Below, in pieces: positions 1-12,630 of a stretch of DNA of 64,000 bases (the stretch's first letter is position 1; each line of letters opens with the position of its first letter). The stretch spans positions 11,423,111 through 11,487,110 of the forward strand of contig JARFYF010000017.1 of assembly GCA_030265395.1 (NCBI GenBank), read 5' to 3'. The translations under genes were made by a program, and so were the position numbers. Under the pieces are notes generated by a model that saw only the letters and a list, made by a program, of their open reading frames with translations, searched no databases and was not told the DNA's origin. Source of the stretch: Rhina ancylostomus. Taxonomy: Eukaryota.

Positions 1-605
1 CTTTCCTTCATTGGTTGGGGCATTGAGTATATGAGTTAGGAAGTCATGTTGCACTGTATAAAACTTTGGTTAGTCCACACTTGGAGTACTGTGTGAAATT
101 CTAGTCAGTCCATTACAGGAAGGATGTGGAGGCTTTGGAAAGGATACAGAAGAGATTTACTGGGATGCTGCCTGGATTAGAGTGTATGAACTATAAGGAG
201 AGGTTGGAAAAACTTTGGTTGTTTCCTTTGGAGCATCGGAGGCTGAGGGAGACCTGATAGAGGTTTATAAAATTATGAGAGGCATAGTGCAGACAGTCAG
301 AATCTTTTTCCCAAGGTGGAAATGTCAAATACGAGAGGACATGCATTTAAGATGAGAGGGGGAAAGTTTGAGATGTACAGGGCAAATTTTTTTTATACAA
401 GAAGTGTTAGGTGCCTGGTTCCTGTTGCCAGAAGTAGTGGTGGAAGTAGATACAATAGTGGCGATTAAGAGGTTTTTAGATAGACCCGTGAATATGCAGG
501 GTTATGGATCATGTACTGGCAGAAGAGATTTAGTTTAATTTAGCACCGTGTTTGGCACAGACATCATGGGCCAAAAGGCCTGTTCCTGTGCTCTACTGTT
601 CTATG
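1..605 (+). mobile_element. CR1/HER1-type LINE 3' fragment
   Basis: Degenerate ORF2 C-terminus (LYKTLVxPHLEYCV, RLRGDLIEVYKIMRG) followed by the 3' tail atgggccaaaaggcctgttcctgtgctctactgttctatg. Confidence 0.9.
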
Positions 606-699
606 AGAAAAAAAAATCATATCAATGAATTCAAGAAGTCAACAACTTCCAAAAAAACCATCAGAGATACTTGCAAACCTCTGCAGCTTAAATATAGCT

Positions 700-962
700 T
701 GTTTTCTCCTTTCCCTGTTCTGAGCAAGGGTTTTCAACCTGAAACTTAACCCAGTCCAGATGAAGAGTCGCAACCCGATACATCGACGGTCCATTCCCCT
801 CCATAGATGCTGCCTGACCTGCTGAGTTCCTCCATCTTGTGTGTTTCTCCAGATTCCAGATCAGTGAACCTTAACCCTGTTTCTCTTTCCCCACATATGC
901 TGCCTAATGTGAATACTTCCAGCATTTTCTATTTTTGTTTCAGTTTTCCAATATCTGCAGAG
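700..962 (+). mobile_element. Penelope-like element terminal-repeat fragments, three partial tandem copies
   Basis: Repeated ctga..aaggg....acc.gaaac and gatgctgcctgacctgctgagttcctcca motifs at ~720, ~757 and ~866. Confidence 0.7.
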
Positions 963-994
963 TCTTAAAAAAAACATTTATTAAAATCACAAGA

Positions 995-1440
995 CCATAG
1001 AACATTACAGCACAATACAGGCCCTTCGGCCCACCGTGTTGTGCCGCCCAACAAACCACACCTCCCACCATCTAACCCTTTCCTCCCACATATCCCTCTA
1101 TCCCACACTCCTCCATATGCCTNNNNNNNNNNNNNNNNNNNNNNNNNNNNNNNNNNNNNNNNNNNNNNNNNNNNNNNNNNNNNNNNNNNNNNNNNNNNNN
1201 NNNNNNNNNNNNNNNNNNNNNNGCCCACCGTGTTGTGCCGCCCAACAAACCACACCTCCCACCATCTAACCCTTTCCTCCCGCATATCCCTCTATCCCAC
1301 ACTCCTCCATATGCCTCCAACAACCTCTTGAACCTGTTCAACGTATCCACCTCCACCACCACCCCAGGCAGCGCATTCCATGCACCTACCACTCTCTGCA
1401 TGAAAAAGCTCCCTCTGACATCTCCCCTGAACTTCCCCTC
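995..1440 (-). mobile_element. CR1 LINE 3' fragment spanning a 100-N gap
   Basis: Minus-strand ORF MQRVVGAWNALPGVVVEVDTLNRFKRLL plus the CR1 tail. Confidence 0.88.
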
Positions 1441-1599
1441 ATTATTTTAAAATTACTATTACTACTCAATGCAGAACAGGTATGCCAAGAGACCTATGCT
1501 CCACTTTATGTCATTCTGATGCCAGTATTTGAATGCTTATGAGTAATAAACCTTAAGACTGCTCTGACATAGAAATTCACGAACTTTCCCACATTTCAG

Positions 1600-1843
1600 T
1601 CACGAGCTAGATTCCATCCTGACCTCCAGTGCATGTTCTCCTGTGTTTCCTCAGGGTGCTCTGGTTTCCTCCCACAACCCAAAAATGTGCAGTTTGGTAG
1701 GTTCGTTGGCCACTGTAAATTACCCCTATGTAGAACCTGGGGGGAGGGGTAGTTGATAGGATTAGTGTAAAAGCAAATGCTTGATGATGGGTGCAGACAC
1801 AATGGGCTGAAGGGCCTGTTGACATACAGTATTTCTCTATGAC
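1600..1843 (+). mobile_element. HE1-type V-SINE with CR1-derived tail (older copy)
   Basis: V-domain gtttcctcagggtgctctggtttcctcccaca, then ccactgtaaattacccc, then tail tgggctgaagggcctgtt...tctctatgact. Confidence 0.85.
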
Positions 1844-2313
1844 TAAGTTATAGACAACTGATAAACTCAAATGTTTCTCCATCCTATTTATCCAATATAG
1901 GAATAGTTAATATCAATCATTTGTAACCAGAATCAAATTGAAGGTCTTGACAATCAAATTGTCATGGATATGATTTTTGGATTTTAAGTAAAGAAGGCTC
2001 AAAGAGAGAGGAGGCAACTCACAAACAACTATAGACAGAACATCAAGTGGTCATTGTTGTGAGTTCTGTCTAAATTCATCTTGACTTAAAGAATAAGTAA
2101 TATTTACAGTTAAAAGAGTCGCTTGCAAGGAAACTGCAAACAGAATTGACAATCCAGAGAGAGAAAGGGAGCAAGATGCCAGTAGAGATGCCAGTTAATG
2201 GTTAAAGCTATGTAAGGTACGGAGTACAGAGCTCCTATTGGAATACCACAGTTTGTAATATTTTAGACCACTCCTTCACTATTTAAATGTAACAACATTT
2301 GTCATATTATTTA

Positions 2314-2662
2314 GAATCATAGTCATAGAGTCACACAGCACGGAAACAGGCACTTCAGCCCAACTGGTCAATACCGGCCAAGATTCCCATTTAAGCTAGT
2401 CCCATTTGCTTGTATATCCCTCTAAACGCTTCCCATCCATGTACCTGCCCAAGCACCTTTTAAATGTTGTTAATGTATCTGCCTCAAACACTTCCCCTGG
2501 CAGCTCGTTCCATATACCGACCACCCTTTGGGTGAAAAAGTTGCCCCTCAGGTTCCTAGTAAATCTCTTCCCTCTCACCTTAAACCTATGCCCTCTAGTT
2601 CTTGATTCCCCAATCCCGGGAAAAAAAACTATGTGCATTCATCCGATCTATGCCCCTCATGC
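2314..2662 (-). mobile_element. CR1 LINE 3' fragment
   Basis: ORF ESRTRGHRFKVRGKRFTRNLRGNFFTQRVVGIWNELP is the classic CR1 ORF2 end. Confidence 0.92.
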
Positions 2663-3809
2663 CCCTAGTTTTTGTATTTGTATTATTTTATGCAAAGCAT
2701 TTGGTTGGGATTTAACATTTGAAACGATTTGTGAGTTGTACTGCTCTGTAAGCCTGAACTTGTTGCCCCCAAATGGACAGGTTCAGGCCAAACTTAGAGG
2801 AAAGCATAGCTCCCATTTAGTCATAACAACCAAAGATGAATATCTATCCAAACTTTCATGTACATGTTTTTAAAGATGTCTCAGTGGTCAGCTTTTGATC
2901 ACACTCCTTCTGCTCAATACAATGTTCACAATTCTCACACCTTGCTGTAAATCCATGAGGCATTTTTCTCGTGAAAATGTCTTGTAAATTTAATGAAAAT
3001 TAAAAAATACCTGCAGATATTGGAAACTACAGAATTAATAATAATCAATTTTAATCTCTCCTTTTTCCAAACTGTGGGATTACAATCATTCAAAAACAAT
3101 AAACCTCTGGCTTTTGTTAAGCTGATTTTTGAAACCGTAATGTCAGTTCTAAAATACATTCAAACAGAAAATTACTTGTCTCAATTTAAAGAAATATTTT
3201 CTAGTCTTAATATTTTTTAAACTATTATGGTACAGAAGGAAGTAATTATCCCATTTTGTCTGTGTCTGCACAAGCCCTTGTACAAAGCAACTAAAAACAT
3301 ATTCCAGTGGTCTGCTCTCTCACCCTTCCTTTTCATCTTCTGATTCCTTTCAATCTGCTTGGCCCATAAAAGATGTAAAAAAAAGTACATTTGTAAAGTA
3401 CCTAATCAAATTACCATCTTTTTCCTTCCAAGATGAGATTCTTCGTATTGGTTCTGTCTAATCCTTTTAAATCTGGAAAAGTTGTTACATAACATGAAGT
3501 AGGGAACAAAAAAAGACAATTTAACTGACCAGATCAATAAATTTCACATTCCGACCATGTACAAGTCACTCTGCCATGAACTGTATCCCAATCACTTAAT
3601 TTCATGAGAACATAGCATTAACAGACTGCAGATTTGTTCCATTTTGAATTAGAAGAAAATTTTATGTTTTTCAATAGAATTTTTAAATTGGGCGTTTTGT
3701 GACAATTTTAAACATTGCCATTACTTTTCTGTGTGTTTGGCCACGAATGCATCTTGACTAAAGAGTAAATATCACCTCAATAGACAGTATGTGACCTTGA
3801 CAAGCTGGA

Positions 3810-4010
3810 ACCTGAAGACTCTCACTCATCATTTCAGTAACAGCTTCTTCCCCTCCGCCATCAGATTTCTAAATGGACAATGAACACAACCCCATTAATC
3901 CTCTTTTGCCCTATTTATTTATTTTTGTAACTTATAGTAACTTTTATGTCCTGTTGCCTCAGAACAACAAATATCATGACATATGTCAGTGATAATAAAC
4001 CTCATTCTGA
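3810..4010 (+). mobile_element. Rex1/Babar-like LINE 3' end
   Basis: aacagcttcttcccctccgccatcagatttct...gataataaacct.attctga, shared with copies at 5.6 and 30.4 kb. Confidence 0.75.
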
Positions 4011-4579
4011 CCAGTTACTGGGAGCACAGGACACCAATGTTAATTGCAGTTGCTAAGTCACAGAAGAAAAGGCCACTACCCATTGAAGCAAAGATAGTGT
4101 TAAAAATGTTGTAGTTTTAAGCACAAAAGTTCCATTGTGCTTATTTCGGTGCCAACCTTGCACAAGGCTGTCTAATTGTGTGAACTTTGTATTGGGAGAG
4201 GAGATCAAGCAGTTTCTGTACCATTCTCATTCAGAGTCTTATTTTCTTAGTCATATAGTCTTATGTTATCCTCCCTTGTCCAAGTTTGCGCTTCAAAGCA
4301 ATGGTGCCCTGTATCAAGGTTGCCTGTGAACCTCTTCTGGAGGAAGAGGCATTCTGAGGCATTCAATCCCTCAGGTCAGCTTTGAAATTGAATTGGATAT
4401 TAACTAATCATCCATTTACCAGCTGTAGTTCCATATATTTTCAATGTATTTACCCAAAAATAATCTACTGGTCTCAGTCTCGAAAGCTCCAATTTTCCAT
4501 ACCATTCTGGGAAAGATTGAGAGACTTTTATGTGAACATTCAAACAACTGATCCAAATCCAAGGATCTACCTGATCGAT

Positions 4580-5035
4580 CACAGAATCACAGAGATGGCC
4601 ATTTGGCCCATTGTGCACATGCCAGCCAAACATGGACTTTAGGTTAATTCCATTTCTTGGCTCTTGGTCGATAGCCCAGCAGGCTATTCAAGTGGTCATC
4701 CAGAAACTCCTTAAATACAATAAAATCTTTTGCATCCATCACCCTTCCAGACCAAAACCATCCAATGAATGAAATATTTTTTCTCAGATTCCCTCTAATT
4801 CTTCTGCCAATTAACTTAAATCTTTGCCCCCTGGTCAATGACCTCATAGTTAAGGGAAATAGTCCTTTTAGTTTACCCTGTTAAGGCCACTTAGAATGTT
4901 GTATGCCTCAACTAAATCTCTCCTCAGTTTCCTTCACTCCAAAGAAAACAACCCCAGCCTAGAGTTTCTCCACATAACTATAATTCTCCAGCCCTGGTCG
5001 ACTCCTCATAAATCTCTTCTGCACCCTCTCTAGTG
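4580..5035 (-). mobile_element. CR1 LINE 3' fragment
   Basis: ORF TRGQRFKLIGRRIRGNLRKN and CR1 3' UTR. Confidence 0.85.
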
Positions 5036-5593
5036 CTATCATCGAGATATTTATTATTTTGAAACAAGCACTGGGAAGATTTCCAATCTAGTGAAATATG
5101 ACAAATTTCTTTTTGCTGACATTTAATTTAGTTTCTTACTAAACTTGATACACAACTACAAGATGGTCTGCCAGAATGATATCATTCTCAGCTCCATCAG
5201 AATTATGCAGTGTGACAGTGGATATGTCACATAGAGGAAATTGTTCACTCAGTTGTAAGGTATATTTTGAGTACGTCGGAGATTAGGTTTAAACCCATAC
5301 ATCTGGACTGAAAAATATATCTGCTGGAAGCATGAATAATAAAGTAAAAAGAAAAATCCAGTTTATCAAGCCAACTGATAATTTAGTCCATGAGGGACTC
5401 CATAATTATCATTATCTTTTCCTGCCAGTTATTCTACATTCCTTTTACAGGTTTCTCCCTAACCTCCCCTCAGAGAAAATAGAACACATCTCTTTATTTC
5501 CATTACACATTAAGCATTCTGGACCAGTTATGCTACAAATTTCTACAGATGTACGATNNNNNNNNNNNNNNNNNNNNNNNNNNNNNNNNNNNN

Positions 5594-6030
5594 ACAGCCT
5601 GGTAATGGAGGCTCCAACGCACAGGATCACAAGAGGCTGCAGAGGGTTGTACGCTCAGCCAGCTCCATGATGGGCACAACTCTCCCTGCCATCGAGGCCA
5701 TCTTCAAGAGGCAATGCCTCTAGAGGGTAGCAGCTCAAGAAGGTAGCATCCATCACGAAGGACCTCACCATCTGGGACATGTCCTACTGTCAGGGAGGAG
5801 GTACAGGAGTCTGAAGATCCATACTCAACAGTTCAGAAACAGTTTCTTCCCCTCCGCCATCAGATTTCTAAATGGTCCTCGAATCCATGAACACCACCTC
5901 GTTGTTCCTTTTTTTGCACTATTTATTTATTTTTACAATTTATAGTAACTTTAAGTCTTTGCACTATACTGCTGTCGCCAAACAAGAAAATTCACATCAT
6001 ATAATTCAGTGATAATAAATCTGATTCTGA
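5594..6030 (+). mobile_element. Rex1/Babar-like LINE 3' portion (begins at a gap)
   Basis: Coding remnant (gcatccatcacgaaggacctcaccatctgggacat...gggaggaggtacaggagtctgaag) plus the same tail as the 3.8 kb copy. Confidence 0.8.
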
Positions 6031-6669
6031 TGTTCCACGCAGGTTCATTTTATGGCACTAACATTTCAGGATCCATCAAAACATTGAGCATTTGATCATT
6101 TCTATCTGGATGGACTCTCATGGCTTCCAATCTCGTTTCCAACTAAATGTTAATGGACCTTTCAAAAGGATACCAACCTGGCAAAACAATTCATTGCATA
6201 GTTTTCCATTAATTTTACAAATGGAAAGAAATTCCATCTTTTATTCTGAAATAAATGTAAAAAAATCTGACAAAATAAAGAAAATTGCACCTGGTAATTT
6301 TTATTTCCAATTACAGCAATTTCTGTTGGACTTTGCTCTGTCCAACCATCTGGCATAAAGATGTTTTTGGAAGTATTACAGTGTGTTTGTTTTAAAAGGA
6401 ACAAAGTCAAATCATTCGTAACTAAAATGACTGGCAAGTTATAAAGATCCATTTGACAAGGATAATTAAAACAAATATTTTATCTAATACTTAACCACAT
6501 TGCAGTAAGGAATAAAACAAAAGAGTCAAAATTAAGTAAGAAATATCAACTACCTCGAAACCCTATTTATATGACACTTATTCAGAATCCGTTTGCCTTA
6601 TAGTTAGAGGACTAATGTCACAGAGAAACTGTGGTGTAGTATACAAATGCTGAAGAGCTCAGTTAAAGC

Positions 6670-7700
6670 CAGACCATGGGAATGTACAGGAAACATTTCA
6701 ACATGTCATTCCTGTGCTGTCTTTCTGTAAAACTAGCAATGCTTTTGCTCTGCAGCCCCACTTTTGTCCATAACCTCACTAAGTTCCTCATCCTTGAAAA
6801 TCTCTCCAAATCCCTTTTAAAATGATTTATGGAGTCATCTTCCACCTCAGGCAGAGCTTTCCAATCTACTGTACTCTGACCTGAATGACAAAAAGTTCTC
6901 ATCTCAGCTCTCAACTTTAAATCTATGGTCTCTGCTTATTGCCCAAGCAAATGATTTCATATCTGCATGTAATCTGCCAAAACCTCTCATCACCTTAAAA
7001 TCCTGAACTGGGTTCTCCCAACCTTCCTTGTTCCAAAGAGAACAGACCTAACATATTCAATTGCTCCTCATGAATCTCTCAAAATGTGCTTTAAATTCCT
7101 TACATGCATTAGCGAAGGATATTTCATCTTTCCTAAAGTGCTGTGTCAAGGATTTGCTCCAATATTTAAGTTGAGGCATAATCAGTGATTTGCAAAGCTC
7201 TTCGCTTTTTAAATATTATAAATCCTAAGTAACTCTTAAACATTTTAAACCAATTTATTGAATAGCTCTTCCAATTTTAGGCTTTCTATACATAGACAAA
7301 AAAGATCTCCCTGCTCATCTCTGGTGATATATTTAGAACACTGCTTTTCCAAAGCAGACTTCCCAAAGTACATCATTTCACATTTCTACATATTGAACTC
7401 CTGTGGCCACACTTCTGCCCATTTTGCCATTCTCTATTATCTGAAATATGCAACTACCCTAATCACTATGATGCCAAGTTTCGTATCATCTTCAAACTTT
7501 AGAACATTCTCTCCACAGATAGCACAGAAAAATTGAAGGGATACTGACAAAAACTCATGCAAAATTTCTAACAACTTTCTGCTCTTATATTTTGTCTCTC
7601 GGCAAAAAAATAAATTCTGTGTGACTTTTGAACAACTTTATTGACATGTACTATTACTTTTAAAAATCTGTGGATAAATACTCTCTGAACTTTTTATCCT
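6670..7700 (-). mobile_element. Old degraded CR1 LINE fragment(s)
   Basis: ORF remnant WKALPEVEDDSINHFKRDLE and CR1-like antisense stretches. Confidence 0.6.
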
Positions 7701-7728
7701 TCCATACCACTTGTTATCCTGCCAGTTA

Positions 7729-7819
7729 AATTGGTAAGTTGATTTATTATTGTCACATGTACCGAGGTACAGTGAAAAACTTGTTTTGCATGCCATCCAT
7801 TTCATTACAACAGTGCATT
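7729..7819 (-). mobile_element. LINE 3' tail (Rex1-like family 2) running into a 469-N gap
   Basis: tttattattgtcacatgtaccgaggtacagtgaaaaacttgttttgcatgcc, also present at 41.6 kb. Confidence 0.7.
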
Positions 7820-10800
7820 NNNNNNNNNNNNNNNNNNNNNNNNNNNNNNNNNNNNNNNNNNNNNNNNNNNNNNNNNNNNNNNNNNNNNNNNNNNNNNNNN
7901 NNNNNNNNNNNNNNNNNNNNNNNNNNNNNNNNNNNNNNNNNNNNNNNNNNNNNNNNNNNNNNNNNNNNNNNNNNNNNNNNNNNNNNNNNNNNNNNNNNNN
8001 NNNNNNNNNNNNNNNNNNNNNNNNNNNNNNNNNNNNNNNNNNNNNNNNNNNNNNNNNNNNNNNNNNNNNNNNNNNNNNNNNNNNNNNNNNNNNNNNNNNN
8101 NNNNNNNNNNNNNNNNNNNNNNNNNNNNNNNNNNNNNNNNNNNNNNNNNNNNNNNNNNNNNNNNNNNNNNNNNNNNNNNNNNNNNNNNNNNNNNNNNNNN
8201 NNNNNNNNNNNNNNNNNNNNNNNNNNNNNNNNNNNNNNNNNNNNNNNNNNNNNNNNNNNNNNNNNNNNNNNNNNNNNNNNNNNNNNNNGTTGAATGTCTT
8301 TTGCTGTTAGTTGGGAATTTGCAATTGCAGACGTTGCTATTAATGCCAGCAATATTATCAATCCACAATTGCACAGAACTGAGGATACCATTAAGAGCCA
8401 TTGAATTATGGTACAAGTAACGACAATAAACCAATACCAATGCCATTGCAGGATCTGAACTCAAGAATCTGGACTAATTGTCCAGACTCTTCCTGCTATT
8501 CCAGTGAGTTAATCCTTACACGATCATATTTCAATGGTCTTACAACATCCACGTAAACCCCATCAAATGCACCATCTTAATCAACTTTCTCGATTATCTC
8601 AAATTATTCAGTCAGTCAGACATAATTTTGCCTTTGAAACATTCATGCTGGATTTGCTTAATTAAAACACATCTTTCCAAATTACCGTTTATTTTGTCTT
8701 TGACAGTTTTCGATAAATTCCACACATAATCGGTGCTAGACTGAGAAGGCTAAAGTTGCCTGGTTTAACCGTCTCCCTTTTCCTGGAAAGTGTCATAACA
8801 TCAGAAGTCCTCTGGTCCTCCAGCATTATTCTTGAATCCAGTGAAGCGTGTGACTAATACGTCTGTTATTTCTGCCTTTGCTCATTTCAATAACCAAAGT
8901 CCAGTCCAGGTGACTTGTCACCTTTATGTACATTGGGCACAGTACAAACCTTCTCATGGGTAAAAGTCCACTGCAAAAGGATGGATATTGTATTTGGATT
9001 TGCCAGTTGGATACCTATTATTAAAGCATCAAGAGCTTGGCATTAATTTTAAATGCACATTTTCACAACAGCAGATCAGCAAAAGAGCTGATCCCTTCAG
9101 TGTGTTCACTACATCTGGATCATTTTAATGTAAAGTTGAAGTAAATGGACAGCTAGTCATGCAGTAAATGTACAGATTTCAGAGAATTTATCACAGTTTG
9201 ACAAATTTACCTTAATTATATTCATTCAGAATTTCTATATCCAACTGATAGTTTAACACTGAGAGCTGTACATCATGCATGATTTTTTACTAACATTCAT
9301 GCATGTGCAGAATAGAAATATTATTGGTTTAGTCAGAGGACAATTTAACAGAGGACACAAGCAGCAGGAAAGTTTCAGTGGCAGAAAGCAGTTAACAATA
9401 ATTTTTATTAATTGGTATTTTAATGCATTCTTCTTCAGAGAAGCATGTAATGCTGTGCACCAGCCATAACTCTCAGTCTTTACATGTTCTTATTACACTG
9501 TAAAATAAATAACAAACAAGTTTGAACACTCAACCCATACTCCTGCTAGCTAGATTTAAAACAAGGTTGTCTAACAAAATACTTTGCCATTTATTCAAGG
9601 GAGGATAAATTTTTAAAAGCCAGAGATTCAAGATAAAATGCATCACAGGACATTTTTGAATAACTGTTATTTTTTTCCTAATGGCTCCAAGGAGCCATAC
9701 ACAATAACTCTTGTTTTAAAGGTCAAGTGAAAACACCACTGACTTCTCTGGTACTTTAACACCAAGTTAGTACAGTGCTTAACCAATAGCAGGTCAGCTT
9801 GCTGTGCTGGGGCATTCAATATATCAATTTTAATTCTCCCAAAGGTGACGTGATGCGTTATCACAAAGTGCCACACATAGTTGCCCAACCGTCAACAGAT
9901 GGGTTTTACCAAAAGATGGATTTTATTGTCCTGCAGCCTAAAGACAGAAATTTGCATACACATGACCGAAGTAGAGTCTGCTACCAACCAGCTGAAATTA
10001 ATTAATCCTCAAATTGAGACTCCTATTTAAAGACTGGCAATAGAAATGCCATCTTTTAATTCCTCAGTGGCACTAAGACTGTGCATACATCTAGGTTATT
10101 TTTCATAATTATTGAGCTATGGCAAGCTGAATAGCAGAATATTTTCATAATCGTTCTAAATAATAGTTGTCTTGAAATTGCGATCAATGTCACGAGGGAT
10201 CCCATCAGCCCTCACCATGAAGCCTGTAACCTGTACGTCACCACAAAACCTCCTACATTATTTTCTACTTTGCATTTTCCAGACAAGGTTGCCCAGGAAT
10301 CATATCCACTTTCTCTTCCATGGATTCTCTGGTACCTAGCATGAAATATTCCTGGTTTTCATCCTTTGTTTTTGCTTCAGTCAGGTTTTGATACCCAGAA
10401 AAATCCATTAAGAGACTTCCAATCCTGATGAAATGATCATGTAAAGTATCTGCTGCATACAAGCCTACCATGGGGAAAACATGCTTACCAATCCAAGGAA
10501 CATCAGCAAGTGTTGGCAGCAGTCAAATCTGCACTGTGTCACATTGAAGTTTAATCACACATTGCATTTGTATAGACAATGACCAGCTCGGACCAATCAA
10601 CCTTTTAAGACACTAGCTACAAAAGTCCCCAAAAGTAGCTCCTCTCCTCCAAATTCCACTGACTTATTGCTAATGCCAAAGAATACTCACACATTGGCCT
10701 GGTCCAATTAATTAATTGATTAACAGATTGGCTGCATAGGGATAACTTAGTTTAAAAAATTAACAATCTGTATTTTATCCACTTTACCTACTCAAATCTA

Positions 10801-11340
10801 CAGGAACTACTATTTTCTATTAATTAACCACTAACAGCATATGTATTACCTGAGATCACTGTTGATTGTCAAACAGGTCAATAAATTTTTAAACAATATG
10901 GTGAAAAAGTTTTCCTTAATTTGCACACCTTTGCCTTTTCAATTACCCTTCTAGTTCCAAAGACTGTCCAACACATAATGCTACTAAGTTTAATAAGTAC
11001 ACACAAGTACACTTATATTGTAAGTTAGGTATACACCTCAAGTGTGTCTCTTTCTAAAGTCATATTTTGTCATAAATGCAAAAGTTACTGTTAATTTTAT
11101 TGTTTGAAGTTCATTTCTGCCAGTAGTGAAGGAATGAGCACCATCTAAATATTCCTAAACATACATAGTCTCACGTCACAGATATTGTTGTTGGGTTTGC
11201 ATGTCCTGCTGTTTGAGTTCTAGGCTCAACTTACAGCAGCAGGTCAAACACAACATCCAAGACAAAAATAAAATCTTCAAAATGGCCACAGTTCAATTAA
11301 ATTGCTCAATGTTAGGTCCAACCAATAGTGAGGAGCACTT

Positions 11341-11425
11341 TGACCTGAAACATTAACTCAATTTCTCTTCTGCAAATGCTATCTGATTGGTTGAATGTTT
11401 CCAGCATTTTCTGTTCTTATTTCTG
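11341..11425 (+). mobile_element. Penelope-like terminal-repeat fragment
   Basis: tgacctgaaacattaactc...tttccagcattttctgtt, same family as the 0.9, 17.2 and 60.3 kb copies. Confidence 0.65.
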
Positions 11426-12542
11426 CCTTTCTTAAGCTCCACCTCTACCTTCTTGCTTCTCTCACTCCTGCGACACGTATTTCTTTCTGCATCATGTATC
11501 CAATCACATCACTCTTCTGAATAAGAACACAGAAGGCAGCTGGATAGTTTGATTGTGCTACAGAGAAATCAGACATGCATGTCATGCAAAGATCTCACAA
11601 ATGCAATGCCCCAAAAACACTTCAGACCAACAACAGGTGCTCCAAGAAGGGAGGACAGTGCAAGATTGATCCTCAGACAAAGAAGAGATCCATGATAGAA
11701 TGAGTCAGCTCCAAAGAAACAATAAAGGATGAGGGAGATATAAATGGACATCACCATTCTTTAAAATGACCAGGAAGAAATTAAGAGGAAATAATTATCA
11801 ACCAATGACAAAATAGTTTGACTGCATGAAATAAAATCAACTAATATCTAAGAGCAAGTACAATGCCCAGAGATTACAGAAACAGCACCTTGCTATGTTG
11901 TGCAGCAACCAGGGGCAGAAACTAGTAAGAAGGGGTCTGCTGCAGGCTATTTGAAGGAGGACATAACTGGAAGAGGATTATGAAGGAAGAAATTAGATCC
12001 TGTATGCTCATGAAGGAACCCTCAGGAAAAACATATCAACACTGTGAACAAACCAAAAAAAATGAAATTATACCCAAGAGAAGCATAAACTTGAAATATG
12101 ACTACAGAGAGCAGCAACCAGCTGGTAAATAAAAGCAAAAGAATGAGGCGGGTGTGATTGTAAAGACTATGATAGCAGAGTTCATTACAACTGCAGGGGA
12201 GAGAATGAACAATGGGGCAAATGGGTAACTCCTGTGGTGACTCAGAAAAGGTCTTTGCNNNNNNNNNNNNNNCAACATAGTGAAATTTAGCACAGTTAAT
12301 TCTTTGCTGATTGGTTTCTCTCAAGTGCGTACAAAAAATTGAGCCAATTACATAATTTGTGGTCTACAAATTTGTTAAGATTTTTTCCCACGGCCTACAT
12401 TGGACATGCACCAGATGTAAACCTTATGTATGTGGACAAAAACAATGGCACAAAGCTCCTTGCTGAAAATGTCACTTTTTAAAACTCAGCAAAAGCAGTT
12501 AATGTATTGATTGCAGTAAAGAACTTAAATCATGAAATTTGA

Positions 12543-12630
12543 ATGCTGTACAAAACTATTCACTTGTGCATTATAACAACCTTAACAGTATCTACAAGCC
12601 TTGAGTGTGTTTTTTCCAAACTGAAGCATT
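12543..12630 (+). mobile_element. hAT transposase C-terminal dimerisation-domain remnant
   Basis: In-frame MLYKTIHLCIITTLTVSTSLECVFSKLKH resembles the hATC motif LYKLLxIALTLPVSTASCERSFSKLK. Confidence 0.55.

Noticed and set aside
1029-1316. Apparent 94-bp direct repeat (1029-1122 / 1223-1316)
   Set aside because: The copies flank a 100-N gap and differ by one base, so these are unmerged overlapping contig ends.
7739-8464. Longest ORFs in the track (184-219 aa)
   Set aside because: They consist almost entirely of N-gap X residues.
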